NCBI GenBank assembly: GCA_052327205.1
Contig: CM126222.1
Coordinates: 63,302,001-63,366,000 of the forward strand
DNA length: 64,000 nucleotides
Direction of reading: 5' to 3'
From: Somniosus microcephalus
Taxonomy: Eukaryota
Position numbers and translations under genes: made by a program. Below the pieces are notes generated by a model. That model made no database searches. It saw only the letters and a program-made list of their open reading frames with translations, and was not told where the DNA came from. The number at the start of each line of letters is the position of its first letter. Within the stretch, counting starts at the first letter, position 1. Shown piece after piece: positions 25,701-37,800 of this stretch.

Positions 25701-26016
25701 TGGGGAGTCTAGAACCAGGGGCCACAGCGTCAAGATAAAGGATAGGCCATTCAGGACTGAGATGAGAAGACATTTCTTCACACAGAGGGTGGCAAATCTT
25801 TGGAATTCTCTACCCCAGAGGGCTGTGGAGGCTCAGTCATTGGGTATATTCAAAGCAGAAGTCGATAGATTTCTGACTAGTAAGGGCATCAAGGGATATG
25901 GCGATAGGGCCGGTGAATGGAGTTGAGGCAGAAGATCAGCCATGATCTCATTGAATGGCAGAGCAGGCTCGAAGGGCTGAATGGCCTACTCCTGCTCCTA
26001 TTTCTTATGTTCTTAT
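22746..26016 (+). mobile_element. 5'-truncated CR1 LINE (disrupted ORF2 plus tail) nested in the second LINE family
   Basis: EN and RT motifs with stops. The host LINE text ttcGGC | GGCagcacctcc resumes after it (possible 3-bp TSD). Confidence 0.92.
24763..25049. mobile_element. pogo/Tigger-like MITE with TA TSD in CR1 RT
   Basis: TA|CAGGAAACTCT...AGAGTTTCCTG|TA; removing it restores codons FTIYIND. Confidence 0.88.
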
Positions 26017-26333
26017 GGCAGCACCTCCCAAACCCGCAACCTCTACCACCTTGAAGGACAAGGGCAGCAGGCGCATGGGAACACCACCACCTCCAAGTTA
26101 CCATCTAAGTCACACACCATCCTGACTTGGAAGTATATCGCCGTTCCTTCATCGTTGGCTGGGCCAAAATCCTGGAACTCCCTCCCTAACAGCACTGTGG
26201 GAGTACCTTCACCACACAGACTGCAGCGGTTCAAGAAGGTGGCTCACCATCACCTTCTCAAGGGCAACTAGGAATGGGAATGAATGCTGGCCTTGCCAGC
26301 GACGTCCACATCTCATGAATGAATAAAAAAAAA
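26017..26333 (+). mobile_element. 3' end of the second LINE family
   Basis: SWNSLPNSTVGVPS..LQRFKKVAHHHLLKGN*, followed by a gaatgaataaaaaaa tail. Confidence 0.85.
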
Positions 26334-26619
26334 GTTATGCTGTTTACAATACAAAGTGTTCCTTTTCGACCACTGCCCAGCAGATTTTCAATTCAGTAGG
26401 CATCATTCCAAACAGAATTCTCACTTTGAGCTAGCACAGAAGATAAGATTTGTTGGGGCTCTTCTTTTAAAAATTCTGGGGTTTGCCCTTTTCCAATGGA
26501 TCAGTCCTCGCTATTCAAGTGATGGTGTCTCCTCTTCAAGAGGGACTCAAGCTAACAGTAGAACAATACCTTTATATTCCCAATCTAATGGCTGCAGCCA
26601 TCTTTGTTATGCTAAATAC

Positions 26620-26880
26620 ACAAGACCCATCTCCTGCTCTTTTGACACTATTCCCACTAAACTGTTGATCACCCAACTTCACTTCCTGACCCCCATGCTA
26701 GCTGATATTGTAAACAGTTCCCTCTCCTCAGGTACTGTCCCCCTCCCTTTCAAATTTGCTGTCATTATCCCCCCTCCTCAAAAAGCCCACCCTTGACCCA
26801 TTTGTAAACTATCGCCCCACCTCAAACCTCCATTTCTTCTCAAGTCTTTGAATGTGTTGTCACCTCCCAAATCTGTACCC
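26620..26880 (+). mobile_element. L2 RT fragment
   Basis: SCSFDTIPTKLL...IVNSSLSSGTVPLPFKFAVIIP...KKPTLDP...NYRP. Confidence 0.75.
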
Positions 26881-28341
26881 AGCCTGAGTGCTGTATTCTT
26901 ATAATTCCTGGATCATTTGGTACTCTCAAAAACAGTGAAAAAATATTCTCAACGTTACTGGAGGCTGAAAGACCAATTCTTCGGGATGCAAAACAGGTAT
27001 TCCACTGCCAAGAATCTAATGGAAGAATACACGCTCAGATACCCATAATCCAGAGAGACTGCTATATGATAATGCAGCAAGACTTCTGTGTTCCAGGTGA
27101 TCAGGGGACTGAGAAAGAATGCTTAGAGATTGATGGCAGAAAATGAGATGAATTAGTTACACTACATTACTATTGCTTAGAATGTGGATATGGGCCTGAA
27201 AATTTCTGCGACCATTCTGCTGATGTCAAGTTGATGCTTAAATTTCCTGAAAATCTCATCAGTGTATACCTGAATGTAAAATTGTCATAGATCAGCAAAA
27301 ATGGCCAGCGTGATTTGAACATAATTGGAACATAACCAATGGGGTCACAAGATGTTTAGGTGGAGGATAAAAAAATATTTTTTCAGAGGATGGCTGGGGG
27401 GTGCAAGCTAAGTGACAGACAGCTCTGCCATAAAGATTTTTTAATCAATTCATTTAAATTGCTCTGCAGAGTCTCCATTATCTCAAATTGTTCCCTTTTC
27501 ACAGATGACTTATTCACAGGAAACGATTGCTAGGAAGAGGGCCTTCAACTTCATGGAGGGTAACTGCAGTCTTTCCTGGACAAGATAGAGGGAAGGTGGG
27601 ATCAGCTGCTCAGTTGTTCCCCATTCCAGCCCCCTCACGCAGTCTGGAGGCGGGCATGGACAGAGCTGGCAGGGACATTGAGTACCACATTTATCGTCCC
27701 CAGGACAGCAGAGCGGTACTGTTAGAAAACCAATGACCTGACCAGAGCGCAGGAGACACTCTCCCTTTCTTCCTTGCCTACCGAAGGCACCATACCCAAG
27801 ACAGAACAAGTTGATCAGTGACCTTACAGCGAAAAGCCCCGGAAAGGTACAGACCAGTAGCACGTTCAATTGTTGCACACATTCAAATGACTGGAAGCCA
27901 AATTTTTATTTTATTTTCAGGGCAAGATGGCAAACAATGTCCAGAAGAGAGCAAAGAGCATGAGGGTGGTAAACCTTCACAGTCTGATCCTCCATAAGGA
28001 GAAGGCAGCTCCTGGGCTACTGCACCACCATGGCCACAGTGCAGGCTGGTAGTGAGGAAGGGGCTACAGGGTCCAGCCTTCCTGTACACTTCAGCCCATG
28101 GAGCATCTCAACACTGGCAAAGGCAACCATTCCACAACTCCGTTTTTTTCTTCCCACAGGTCATTCAAGGTGCTGGAAGACGGTCACTGAGGAGGAAGAA
28201 GGGAACAAGATGGAGTTGGCAGAGATGCGAGGGAGGGAAAGCAGCCTTTGGAAGAGCTGGAGAACAAGGACTCTGGCTTTTGCACTAACAAGGCTATGCA
28301 GAAGTTTATAATATAACTACGCAACAGGCAATGCAAGCAAA

Positions 28342-28702
28342 ATGACTGAGAAGAAAGCAGCAGCTCCCAAGAAGAGCGCCAAGAAAACCACAAATAAAGG
28401 GCGGCAAGAAGTGGAGAAAGTCGAGGAAGGAGAACTGATGTAGCAGGTTCACCCTGACACCGGCATCCCCTCCAAGGCCATGAGCATCAGGAACTCCTTG
28501 GCGAACGATATTTTACGAGATCGTGGCGGGCGAGGATTCCCGCCTGGCCCCCATTACAACAAACGCACACACCATCAACCCCTGGATGACCCAGGCCGCC
28601 GTGCGCCTGCTGTTGCTGCCCGGGGGGGTGGAAAGCTGGCCAAGCACGCCGTGTCGGATGGAACAAAGGCTGTGTGTGACCAAGCACATCAGCTCCAAGT
28701 AA
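28342..28702 (+). pseudogene. Histone H2B pseudogene
   Basis: MTEKKAAAPKKSAKK..GGKKWRKSRKE, QVHPDTGIPSKAMSI, HYNKR, AAVRLL, LAKHAVSDGTKAV..SSK*; deletion and several frameshifts; no 3' stem-loop. Confidence 0.9.
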
Positions 28703-28772
28703 AACAAAAACTCCACATTGTACTGGAGGAAACAAATCCCAGCAAGTCTCAGCCTGGTTGGCATATGCCTTT

Positions 28773-29058
28773 GCCTTTGAAAAAGTGTAACATCCCCACC
28801 GACACCTGGGAATCCCTGGCCCAAGACCGCACAAAGTGGAGGAGAAGCATCCGGGAAGGCGCTGAACACCGAGTCTCTTCACTGGGAGCAAGCGGAAGCC
28901 AAGTGCAAGGAGTGCAGGTCAACCCAAGCACTCCACCCACCCGCCTTCAACCACCGTCTGCCCCACCTGTGACAGAGACTGTCGGTCCCGCATTGGACTC
29001 ATCAGTCACCTGAGAACTCATTTTTGATGTGGAAGCAAGTCATCCTCCATTCCGAAGG
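28773..29058 (+). mobile_element. RTE LINE 3' fragment
   Basis: LKKCNIPTDTWESLAQDRTKWRRSI and C-terminal CPTCDRDCRSRIGLISHLRTH. Confidence 0.8.
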
Positions 29059-29099
29059 TGAAAGAGAAGGTTGGCATATCCCACATGGAGGGCAAGGAA

Positions 29100-29195
29100 T
29101 ACCATCGACCTGAGAGGTTAACTCCCCTGTTTCTCCACAGAGATTGCCTGACCCGCTGAATGTTTTTCCAGCACTTTCTGCTTTAGATTTCCAAC
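29100..29195 (+). mobile_element. Penelope pLTR fragment
   Basis: Similar to the reverse complement of the 18275-18355 terminus. Confidence 0.5.
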
Positions 29196-29199
29196 ATCA

Positions 29200-29790
29200 T
29201 TTCCGGGTGCTTAAAAAATTCCAGTACGGGCTGCTCGGGAGGCACGCGACGGACAAAAAAAAAAATCTTGCCTGGGCATTATTTTCTTACCCAATTTCCT
29301 CCCCTCCCCCCGCCCGCCAAAAAAACCAAACAAGCGATTTAAAATGTTAAAAAAGAGGTAAGATGCTATTTTGGGTGTTTAACTTTGTTTATGACCTTTT
29401 GCTCACAGGCACGCGCTTTCTCGACTTCCACACGCGGTAAATCGGCATCTTCCACTCACCCGCGCGGTCGTGTGTGGGGGGGGGAAACAGGAGTTGAAGC
29501 AGAATTATTATCATTAATCATGACTCTCATCTTGCAGAGTTTACAGAAATGTTTAATTGAATACAATCAAGCGAGCATTAGATTGGCGAGCGCTCTGAAT
29601 TACCGTCACAAACCTCCGAGATGAACGACGATTCTATTCGCACCCCCCCCGCCCCTGCTGATGGTCTGCGCTAAAATGACAGTTGGAAAGTCGGTTAATT
29701 TTGAAAACGTCGGCGAATAAACGTTAAATTGGAGTCAGCAAAAATACCGGGAGGTAGGTTTGTCTTCCCCGTGTAATCGTCTTTATATAA
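29200..29790. promoter_or_regulatory. CpG-rich, apparently non-repeat segment; candidate promoter or non-coding first exon (possibly of DNAH17)
   Basis: Locally high CpG content, GC boxes (~29305, ~29645), inverted CCAAT (29581), candidate donors gag|gtaaga (~29357) and gag|gtaggt (~29753). Confidence 0.4.
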
Positions 29791-29903
29791 TCGTAGAATA
29801 GGTTTATTTTGTTGGGGGGAAAAGTTTGAAAGTGATTTGAAGGTTTGTATTAAAAGCAATTATGTGGAACCGCCTTGTTTTCTGTCATCAGGGGAATTGT
29901 TTG

Positions 29904-30108
29904 TCTCTTCTCTTAGGCAGTCCCTCGGAACCGAGGTTGACTTGCTTCCACACTAAAAATGAATTCTCAGGTGACTGATGAGTCCAATGCGGGACCTACA
30001 GTCTCTATCACAGGTGGGGCAGACGGTGGTTGAAGGGGCGGGTGGGTGGGGTGCTTGGGTTGTCGTGCGCTCCTTGTGCTTGGCTTCTGCTTGCTCCCTG
30101 TGAAGAGA
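29904..30108 (-). mobile_element. RTE LINE 3' fragment, same family as 28773-29058 but inverted
   Basis: Reverse complement aligns with ~28875-29058 and adds the ctaagagaagag tail. Confidence 0.8.
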
Positions 30109-30577
30109 TTGTGCCGTGCGAGGGAATCTCATCGGGGGCCACCGAGTTACAGTGACTGAATAAATCGAAATTAATTTTCATTAAATGGGCCTTATACTGA
30201 TGGGTTCGGGTCTGAAATCCACAACTCTGCCCAGTATCCGGTGAAGGATTGCTTTTTTTCAACACATCTATACTATTCGCTTCAACTAGTATAGATGCGT
30301 TTAAGGGGAGGCTGGATAAGCAGATGAGGGAGAAGGGAACAGAAGGTTATTCTGATGGAGTTAGATGAGGAAAGAAGGGAGGAGGTTCGAATGGCCTGTT
30401 TTTGTGCTGTATATCATATGTAATATTTTCTTTTTGAATGCCCCTAGGGACAACGGTGCTGCCAATAGCGTTTCTATCCCCAACACCCGAACCTTAACTC
30501 CAACCCCTAAAGCTAAACCATGCGGTGCCAATGGCACAATGCGGAACCGCCTGCGGTGTCAACAGTAATATCCTTGT

Positions 30578-31020
30578 TGATTGAGTAGATTGGGTCTATA
30601 CTCTCTGAAGTTTAGAAGCATGAGACGTGATCTCATTGAAATATATAAGATTCTGAGGGGGGTTGACAGGGTAGATGCTGAGAGGCTGTTTCCCCTGGCT
30701 GGAGAGTCTAGAACTAGGGGGCATAGTCTCAGTATATGGGGGGTTGACCATTTAGGACTGAGAAGAGGAGGAATTTCTTCACTCGGAGGTATGTGAATCC
30801 TTGGAATTCTCTACCCCAAAGGGCTGTGGATGCTGAGTCATTGAGTATATTCAAGGCTGAGTTAGATAGATTTTTGGACTTTAGGGGAATCAAGGGATAT
30901 GGAGATCGGCCAGGAAAGTGGAGTTTAGGTCGACGATTAGTCATGATCTTACTGAATGGTGGAGCAGGCTCGAGGGGCCATATGGCCTACTCTTGCTCCT
31001 AATTCTTATGTTCTTATGAT
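30578..31020 (+). mobile_element. CR1 3' fragment
   Basis: LSRLGLYSLKFRSMRRDLIEIYK...WNSLPQRAV plus (ttcttatg)n tail. Confidence 0.88.
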
Positions 31021-31160
31021 GCAGGCCAGCTTCATTGTCAGTCGTCTCTATTTGTTTTCATTTATCTATGTATTTATTTTTTTATCCCTTACCATTTTTA
31101 AAGCTATGAATGCACAGCAAGATGGTCTCTGCCATTGGTGCCAATTCAAGATAGACTTTT

Positions 31161-31845
31161 GGGCCCCTAAATTTCCGGGTCCCCATTGCGCTGGTTGAAT
31201 CGTGGTTGGCTGAGTTTTCCGCCCAGCAAAATCCAAGGTGTGCTGACCCTGTCAGAAATGATGGGGCCAGCTACTTTACATAAAGGGCAGGAGTCCCATT
31301 AGCAGCAGGTCAGGTACCCCAGGGAAAGTGCATAAAATTCATAAAATGGACGCAATGTATAATTTAAATAGCTGCACCCAATCTAAGGAGTGGGCATGCT
31401 GTTGTATAAGGGAATGCAATAGCTCCCGCAGGAGGAGGAGAAAGAAAAGTTTTCAATTTTTCTGAAGCTGATGTTGAAGTTCTTAGGTCAGAAATCAGAG
31501 TTAGAATGGATGCTATTGTTGGAATAGCTGGAAAGAAGTCATCAAAGGCAGTAACCTAGACCTTTTGAAGGAAGTGGCACCTTCATAACCCCAAAGATCC
31601 CCTTCCAGTGTTTGAAGAAGTTTAATGACCCCTCAAGATCAGCAAAGGTAAGTGCGATGTCAGCTGAATAACAGGAAAGTGCATTGAATGCAGAGATCCC
31701 AATAAATATTTCCAGCCCTAATATTCAAGCTGTACTATTTGAGGTGTTACATGGAATCTTGTTCCTTGCCGCAGAGCTCTTGTAATCTGGCATCACTCAT
31801 AACAGTTGTCTCACATCCTGTAATGCATGCTAGAAAATAAAAATC
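31161..31845 (+). mobile_element. Degenerate Harbinger fragment with Myb/SANT exon 1 (~31437-31647)
   Basis: TIR-like GGGCCCCTAAATTTCC; peptide RKVFNFSEADVEVL...QCLKKFNDPSRSAK followed by gtaagt. Confidence 0.6.
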
Positions 31846-31848
31846 TCT

Positions 31849-34800
31849 CATAAGACATACGAGCAGGAGTAGGCCATTTGGCTCTTCGAGCCGGCTCCGC
31901 CATTCACTAAGATCAATTCTAATCTTCTACCTCATCTCCACTTTCTGGCACTATCCCCATATCCCTTGATTCCCTTAATAATCAAAAATCTATCGTCCTC
32001 TATCTTGAATATACTCAACGACTGAGCCTCCACAGCCCTCTGGGGTAGAGAATTCCAAAGATTCACCACCCACTGAGTGAAGAAATTTCTCCTCATCCTT
32101 ATTCTGAGACTGACCCCTGGTTCTAGACTCCCTAGCCAGGAGAAACATCCTCCTTGCATCTACCCTGTCAAGCCCTGGAAGAATTTTGTATGTTTCAACG
32201 CGATTACCTCTCATTTTTCTAAACTCTAGAGAATATAGGCCTAGCCTACTCCATCTCTCCACATAGGACAATCCCCCCAACCCAGGAACCAGTCTGGTGA
32301 ACCTTTGTTGCACTCCCTCTATGGCAAGTATATCCTTCCTTAAGTAAGGAGACCAAAACTGTACACAATACACCAGGTGTGGTCTTACCAGGGCCCTATA
32401 TAATTGCAGTAAGACATCGTTACTCTCCTACTCAAATCCTCTTGTAATAAAGGCCAACATACCATTTGCTTTCCTAATTACTTGCTGTACCTGCATGTTA
32501 ACTTTCAGTGATTTGTGTACAAACACACCCAGTTCACTCTGAACACCAACATTTCCCAATCTCTCACCATTTAAAAAATACTCTGCTTTTATATTTTTCC
32601 TCCCAAAGTGGATAACTTCACATTTCTCCACATTATATTCCATATGCCATGTTCTTGCCCACTCACTTAGCCTGTCTATATCCCCTTGAAGCCTCCTTGC
32701 ATCCTCCTCACAACTTACATTTTCACCCAGCTTTGTATCATCAGCAAACTTGGATATATTACATTTAGTCCCCTCATCCAAATCATTGATGTAGATTGTG
32801 AATAGCTGAGGCCCAAGCACTCATTCCTTGCGGTACCCCACTAGTTACAGCCTGCCAACCCGAAAATGACCCGTTTATTCCTACTCTGTTTTCTGTTCTC
32901 AATCCATGCTAGTATATTACCCCCAATCCCATGAGCCCTAATTTTGTTTAATAACCTCTTGTGTGGCACCTTATCGAATGCCTTCTGAAAACCCGAATGC
33001 ACCACATGCACTGGTTCCCCCTTATCTATTCTGCGAGTTACAACCTCAAAAAACTCTAATAGATTGTCAAACACGATTTCCCTTTCATAAATCCATGTTG
33101 ACTCTGCCCAATCCTATTATTATTTTCTAAGTGCCCTGTTACCACGTCCTTAATAATAGATTCTAGCATTTTCCCTAATACTGATGTCAGGCTAACTGGT
33201 CTATAGTTCCCCATTTTCTCTCTCCCTCCTTTCTTAAATAGTGGGGTTATATTTGCTACCTTCCAATCTGCGGGAACCGTTCTAGAATCTATGGAATTTT
33301 GGAAAATGACAACCAATGCATCCACTATCTCTATAGCCACCTCTTTCAAAACCCTAGGATGTAGGCCATCAGGTCCAGGGGATTTATTGGCTTTCAGTCC
33401 CATTAATTTCTCCAGTACTACTTTTTTACTAATACTAATTTCTTTCAGTTCCTCATTCTAGCTAGACCCTTGGTTTTCCACTATTTCCGGGAAGTTTTTT
33501 GTATCTTTACTAATGGAGGTGGGTTGAGGACGGGCTTCCTGGTGGGCTGGTTTCGGACCCGCTGCCGGTTTCAGCCACTCCCAGTGTCCCATAGTGCCTT
33601 AATTGTTTCAATTAGTCCCATTGTGCTGCTGCCTGCTGCATTGCCTGGGAGCGGCTCTGTTGGTCTGCACTGATGAGGTCATTGCTGCACTTGTTTTTAA
33701 GGGCTCCATGTAGCCTCAGCCTCTCATTTTTCGTTACTGCTGCATCTTGAATGGGCCAAGGTAACCATGAGTGCTACGAAAGCCAAGGCTGCTCCCCGAT
33801 CACTGATGAGTGCCTGCAAACTCTTGTAGAGGAAGTAAGTGGACGTAGGTAGATTCTGTTCCCTCCCAATGGTCGGAGGAAACCTCCTCAGCTGACAAAG
33901 GCAGTCTGGCTCAGATTGCTGATGAGGTAAGCGCAAGGTCCCTATATACACGCACCTGGGTTCAGTGCCGAAAACGCTTCAATGATCTTGTGCGAACATC
34001 AAAAGTGAGTATCACATCAAACTTGCCTTCAAACTGCTTCCCTTCTCTTCTCATCACCAGCACTCTGCATTGTCAGCCTGCTCCTCCACATCCCACCTTA
34101 CCCTTACTTCCCTTGCACCCTTACCTCTCTCTCTCTCTGTACTGAATCACTTCACTATTCTACTATGCAGCCCTCACACTCGCTCTCACTGTTATGCAAT
34201 GACAACAACTAACAACTCACAGGGAGGCAGCTTCTTCTTGCCACCTCACTCCATCTTGGTCTCCCTCTAAGCTTCTAGGTTTTGGATTCTTCACACTCAC
34301 TCCATCACTCTCGCTGAAACTCCACTTGTATCCCTCCTTGCAGGAAAAGCTAGCCCACAATAAGAGGGAGAGAACAAAGACAGGAGGAGACACACCATCC
34401 CTGGCCACATTAACCAATGCTGAGGAGGCTGCTCATGACATCGTGGGAGGTGGCGAGGAGCTGGAAGTGGGGGAAGGAGAGACGGGTGCATTTGAGGATG
34501 CTAGTGACAGAATGCATTTTCATCCCTCGCATTTACAATTCACGATTGACTGCAATGGCATATGATGCTCATAGAAATTGACTTCTGATCATCTGCACAA
34601 AAGGATTTGTCTGCTACCTGAAAATCTGATGTCTAACTCATGCCTTTACTCTCTCACAGGACCATTGAGAGCCTCCCTCCCCATTGTCCAGGAGGAAGAG
34701 CCAGACGACGACTCAGAGGAACCTGGAGCCTCTGAGGAAGCAGCGTCACCAGGACTCAGTGCACCCAGCACCAGCGCAGCAACGCACACCTCGGTGGGGC

Positions 34801-37800
34801 CTTCACGACATAGAGTTGTGTTGTCATCTGGTGTATCACAGCTCACAAGTGAGCATCAGCAGATGGTGGAGACAGTGACAGCAGTGGAGAGTCCTCGTCA
34901 GAGGTGGCAGGACTCTCCTAGCTCTGCTCAGCTGCATGTAGACACTGTGCCTCTGGGGCCATCCAGAAAGAGAGCGGTGTTGGAACTCCAGGAACAAGTG
35001 CAAGAGCCTCTGACAGGGTTTGCATCCAGGGCAACTGCGAGTGTGCAGAGAATGGAGGAGTCCATTTCTAACATGATTATTTCCTTTGTGGAGGCAATGG
35101 CGCATGACCGTTCTGCCATGGAGAGGTTGGCATCTGCCACGGAGGACATAAATCGCCAGCAGAACGAAAACATGGTGACTCTTCAAAATAGATTGTCTGC
35201 AATGGTGGAGAGATGGGCATCTATTGAGGAGAGACACCAGAGCTTCATGGACGTCCTTGCCAGTACAAAGACGGGTCCTCATGATCCTCCTGATGTGCAG
35301 CAAGGTGCTGTCCAGCCACTTGCTAGCTCTGAAGTGCGGCTGACCCATGAGAGGGATGTTGGTGGCAGGCAACAAGGAAGTGTGGGCTCCTCTCCAAGCG
35401 CTCACACGAACATGCCACTGCGGCACCCTCGGTCAGAGCCCCAGATTCCACACCAAACTGAGATGGCCGTCTCAGCCCCTGCACAGCCACAGGAAGAGCA
35501 GACTGGAGGTGCACTCCTAGGCTCCCAAACCCAGTGGACGCCTGCCAAAGGCATCTAGGCAGGTGCAGCATCAAAGTGAGCAAGGTGCCTCAATATCTGC
35601 TGAAGCCACAGGGGAAGAAACACGTAGAAGCACGCGTAAGAGGAAGTTAACACACACATAGTCACAAGGGTAGTCACTTGGGTGTTTTATTGCATTGTTA
35701 ATTATCGAGTGTCCTCCTTGACGTAAGAAAACTACTAGGCACTTGGTCTAAGCGTTAAACAAAGCTTTAATCAACTGTTTTACAACATGGAGGTCTAGTT
35801 GTGTCCTTCACTAGTTCCTGTTAAGAATGTTCTGCGCAAGCTGGGCCCGTGCCCGAGTGTTTATACTCTCCCTGGACAGCGCCACCCGCAGGCCGCTCAG
35901 TATTATTTCATAAGTCTTTCTTTCATGAATGACTGATTCATGTCACTCCTTTTGTGATGTCATTAAACAAAAGTGATGGCAAGCAGTTGAGGTTCTGGTC
36001 TATGTGTTTTGGGAAATGGAAGTTGCACAGTGAGGGCTCAGGGCTAATTCCATTTATAATGATGGTGGTGACAGTGATCGGAAAGCACCGTTTATTGGAC
36101 AGATGATGTATGGTGTGTTATGAATCTTGACCTTATCTTCATCTCCATCTGCCAGCCGCCTGTGTTTGAAGTGTAAGCTCATTTGAATCTGGCATGGATG
36201 AGTGCATCCCTTGCCTAAATGGCTATCAATGTGGTCACCTGCTGCTGGATTGGCCACATCCAGCCCCGCAAGGCGTCACTTCCCGTTCTCCTACTCATCC
36301 TCCTCCTTGTCCTCTTAATTTTCCTCCAAGGAGGCTGTGTGCTGAGCCACTTGTTCATCCGGCAGCACTAAGCCGCGCTGCTCTTCCTCCGAATCTGATG
36401 ACCAGGTTGAGAGGATGTAAATGGCTCCCATCCCGTTGTTATAGATTTCAGTTGAGGCAAGAAGCTTGCCAGCACACACACAAAGTGGCCTGAAATTATT
36501 CTCAATCAGTTCAAACAGCAGATATGTGTCAGCTTGACCAGTCACAAGGTCAGTAGATTTGCAAAATCTTATCCCAAACCTCCAACAACACAGTTGTTGC
36601 ATTTGAATGCCAGCCATGTTACAGGAGCGCTTTAAATGTTCTGCACCAATAATGACTACAGATCATGTCCTCCACCAACTCGTCTCCTTGCAGCAGGACT
36701 GTTTCTGACACGACAGGAAACAGGAGCCAGAGGCACGAAAATGGGAAACCTCTATGAAAATAGAATTTTCAAGGCAGTTAACGGGCTCTTAACTGCCTTA
36801 ACTACCTGTCCCACCGGTTGGAGTTGGGTCAGTTTGGGAACAGCTGAACAGACACTTATGGAAATCGTAAGGGGGCGGGATGGAGGCGGGTTGGGTGTCT
36901 GAAGCCATTTTTTCAGATTTTAGCACCTGACACACCTCCATATCTGCCTCCTCAGGACTGTTAAAATCGAGCCCATAGTATTTGTTTAATTTCTCTGCCA
37001 TTTCCTTATCCCCATTATAATTTCTCCTGCCTCAGCCTGTAAGGGACCCACATTTAATTTCGCTAATCTTTTCCTTTTTACATACCTATAGAAGCTTTCA
37101 CAGTCTGTTTTTATGCCTCTCGCTAGTTTACTCTCATTCTATTTTCCCTTTCTTTATCAATTTCTTCGTCCTCCTTTGCTGAATTCTAAAATCCTCCCAA
37201 TCCTCAGGCTTACTACTCTTTTTGGCAGCATTATAAGCCTCTTCCTTTGATCTAATACTATCTAACTTCTCTTGTTAGCCACGGTTAGACCACTTTTCCT
37301 GTGGGGTTTTTGTGCCTTAAAGGAATGTATATTTGTTGTAAATTATGTATTAATTCTTTAAATGCTAGCCATTGCTCATCCACTGTCATACCTTTTAATG
37401 TAGTTTCCCAATTTACCTTAGCCAACTTGCCCTTCATACCTACATAGTTTGCTTTGTTTAGATTTAAGACCCTAGTTTCGGATTTAACTAAGAATTTTAT
37501 ATCGAGTCTGAAAGTGACTATCATATTATGGCCACTCTTCCCTAAAGGCCACTTTACTACAAGGTTATTAATTAACCCTTTCTCGTTGTACAATACTAGA
37601 TCTAAAACAGCCTGTGTTGGTTCATCAACATACTGATCCAGAAAACTATCTTGCATACATTCCATGAATTCGTCCTCCACATTATCACTGCAAATTTGGT
37701 TTGCCCAGTCTATATGTAGATTAAAGTCCCCCATAATTACTATGTTACCCTTGTTACATGCGCCTCTAATTTCCTGATTTATACTCTGCCCTACATTACA

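Noticed and set aside
28480-29013. 177-aa ORF as a real protein
   Set aside because: Chance read-through of a frameshifted H2B pseudogene into an RTE fragment.
34578-35558. 326-aa ORF as a novel host gene
   Set aside because: It is exon 3 of the Harbinger Myb gene; homologous copies occur at ~52000-52544/55830-55985 and 62915-63893, and exon 1 is disrupted.
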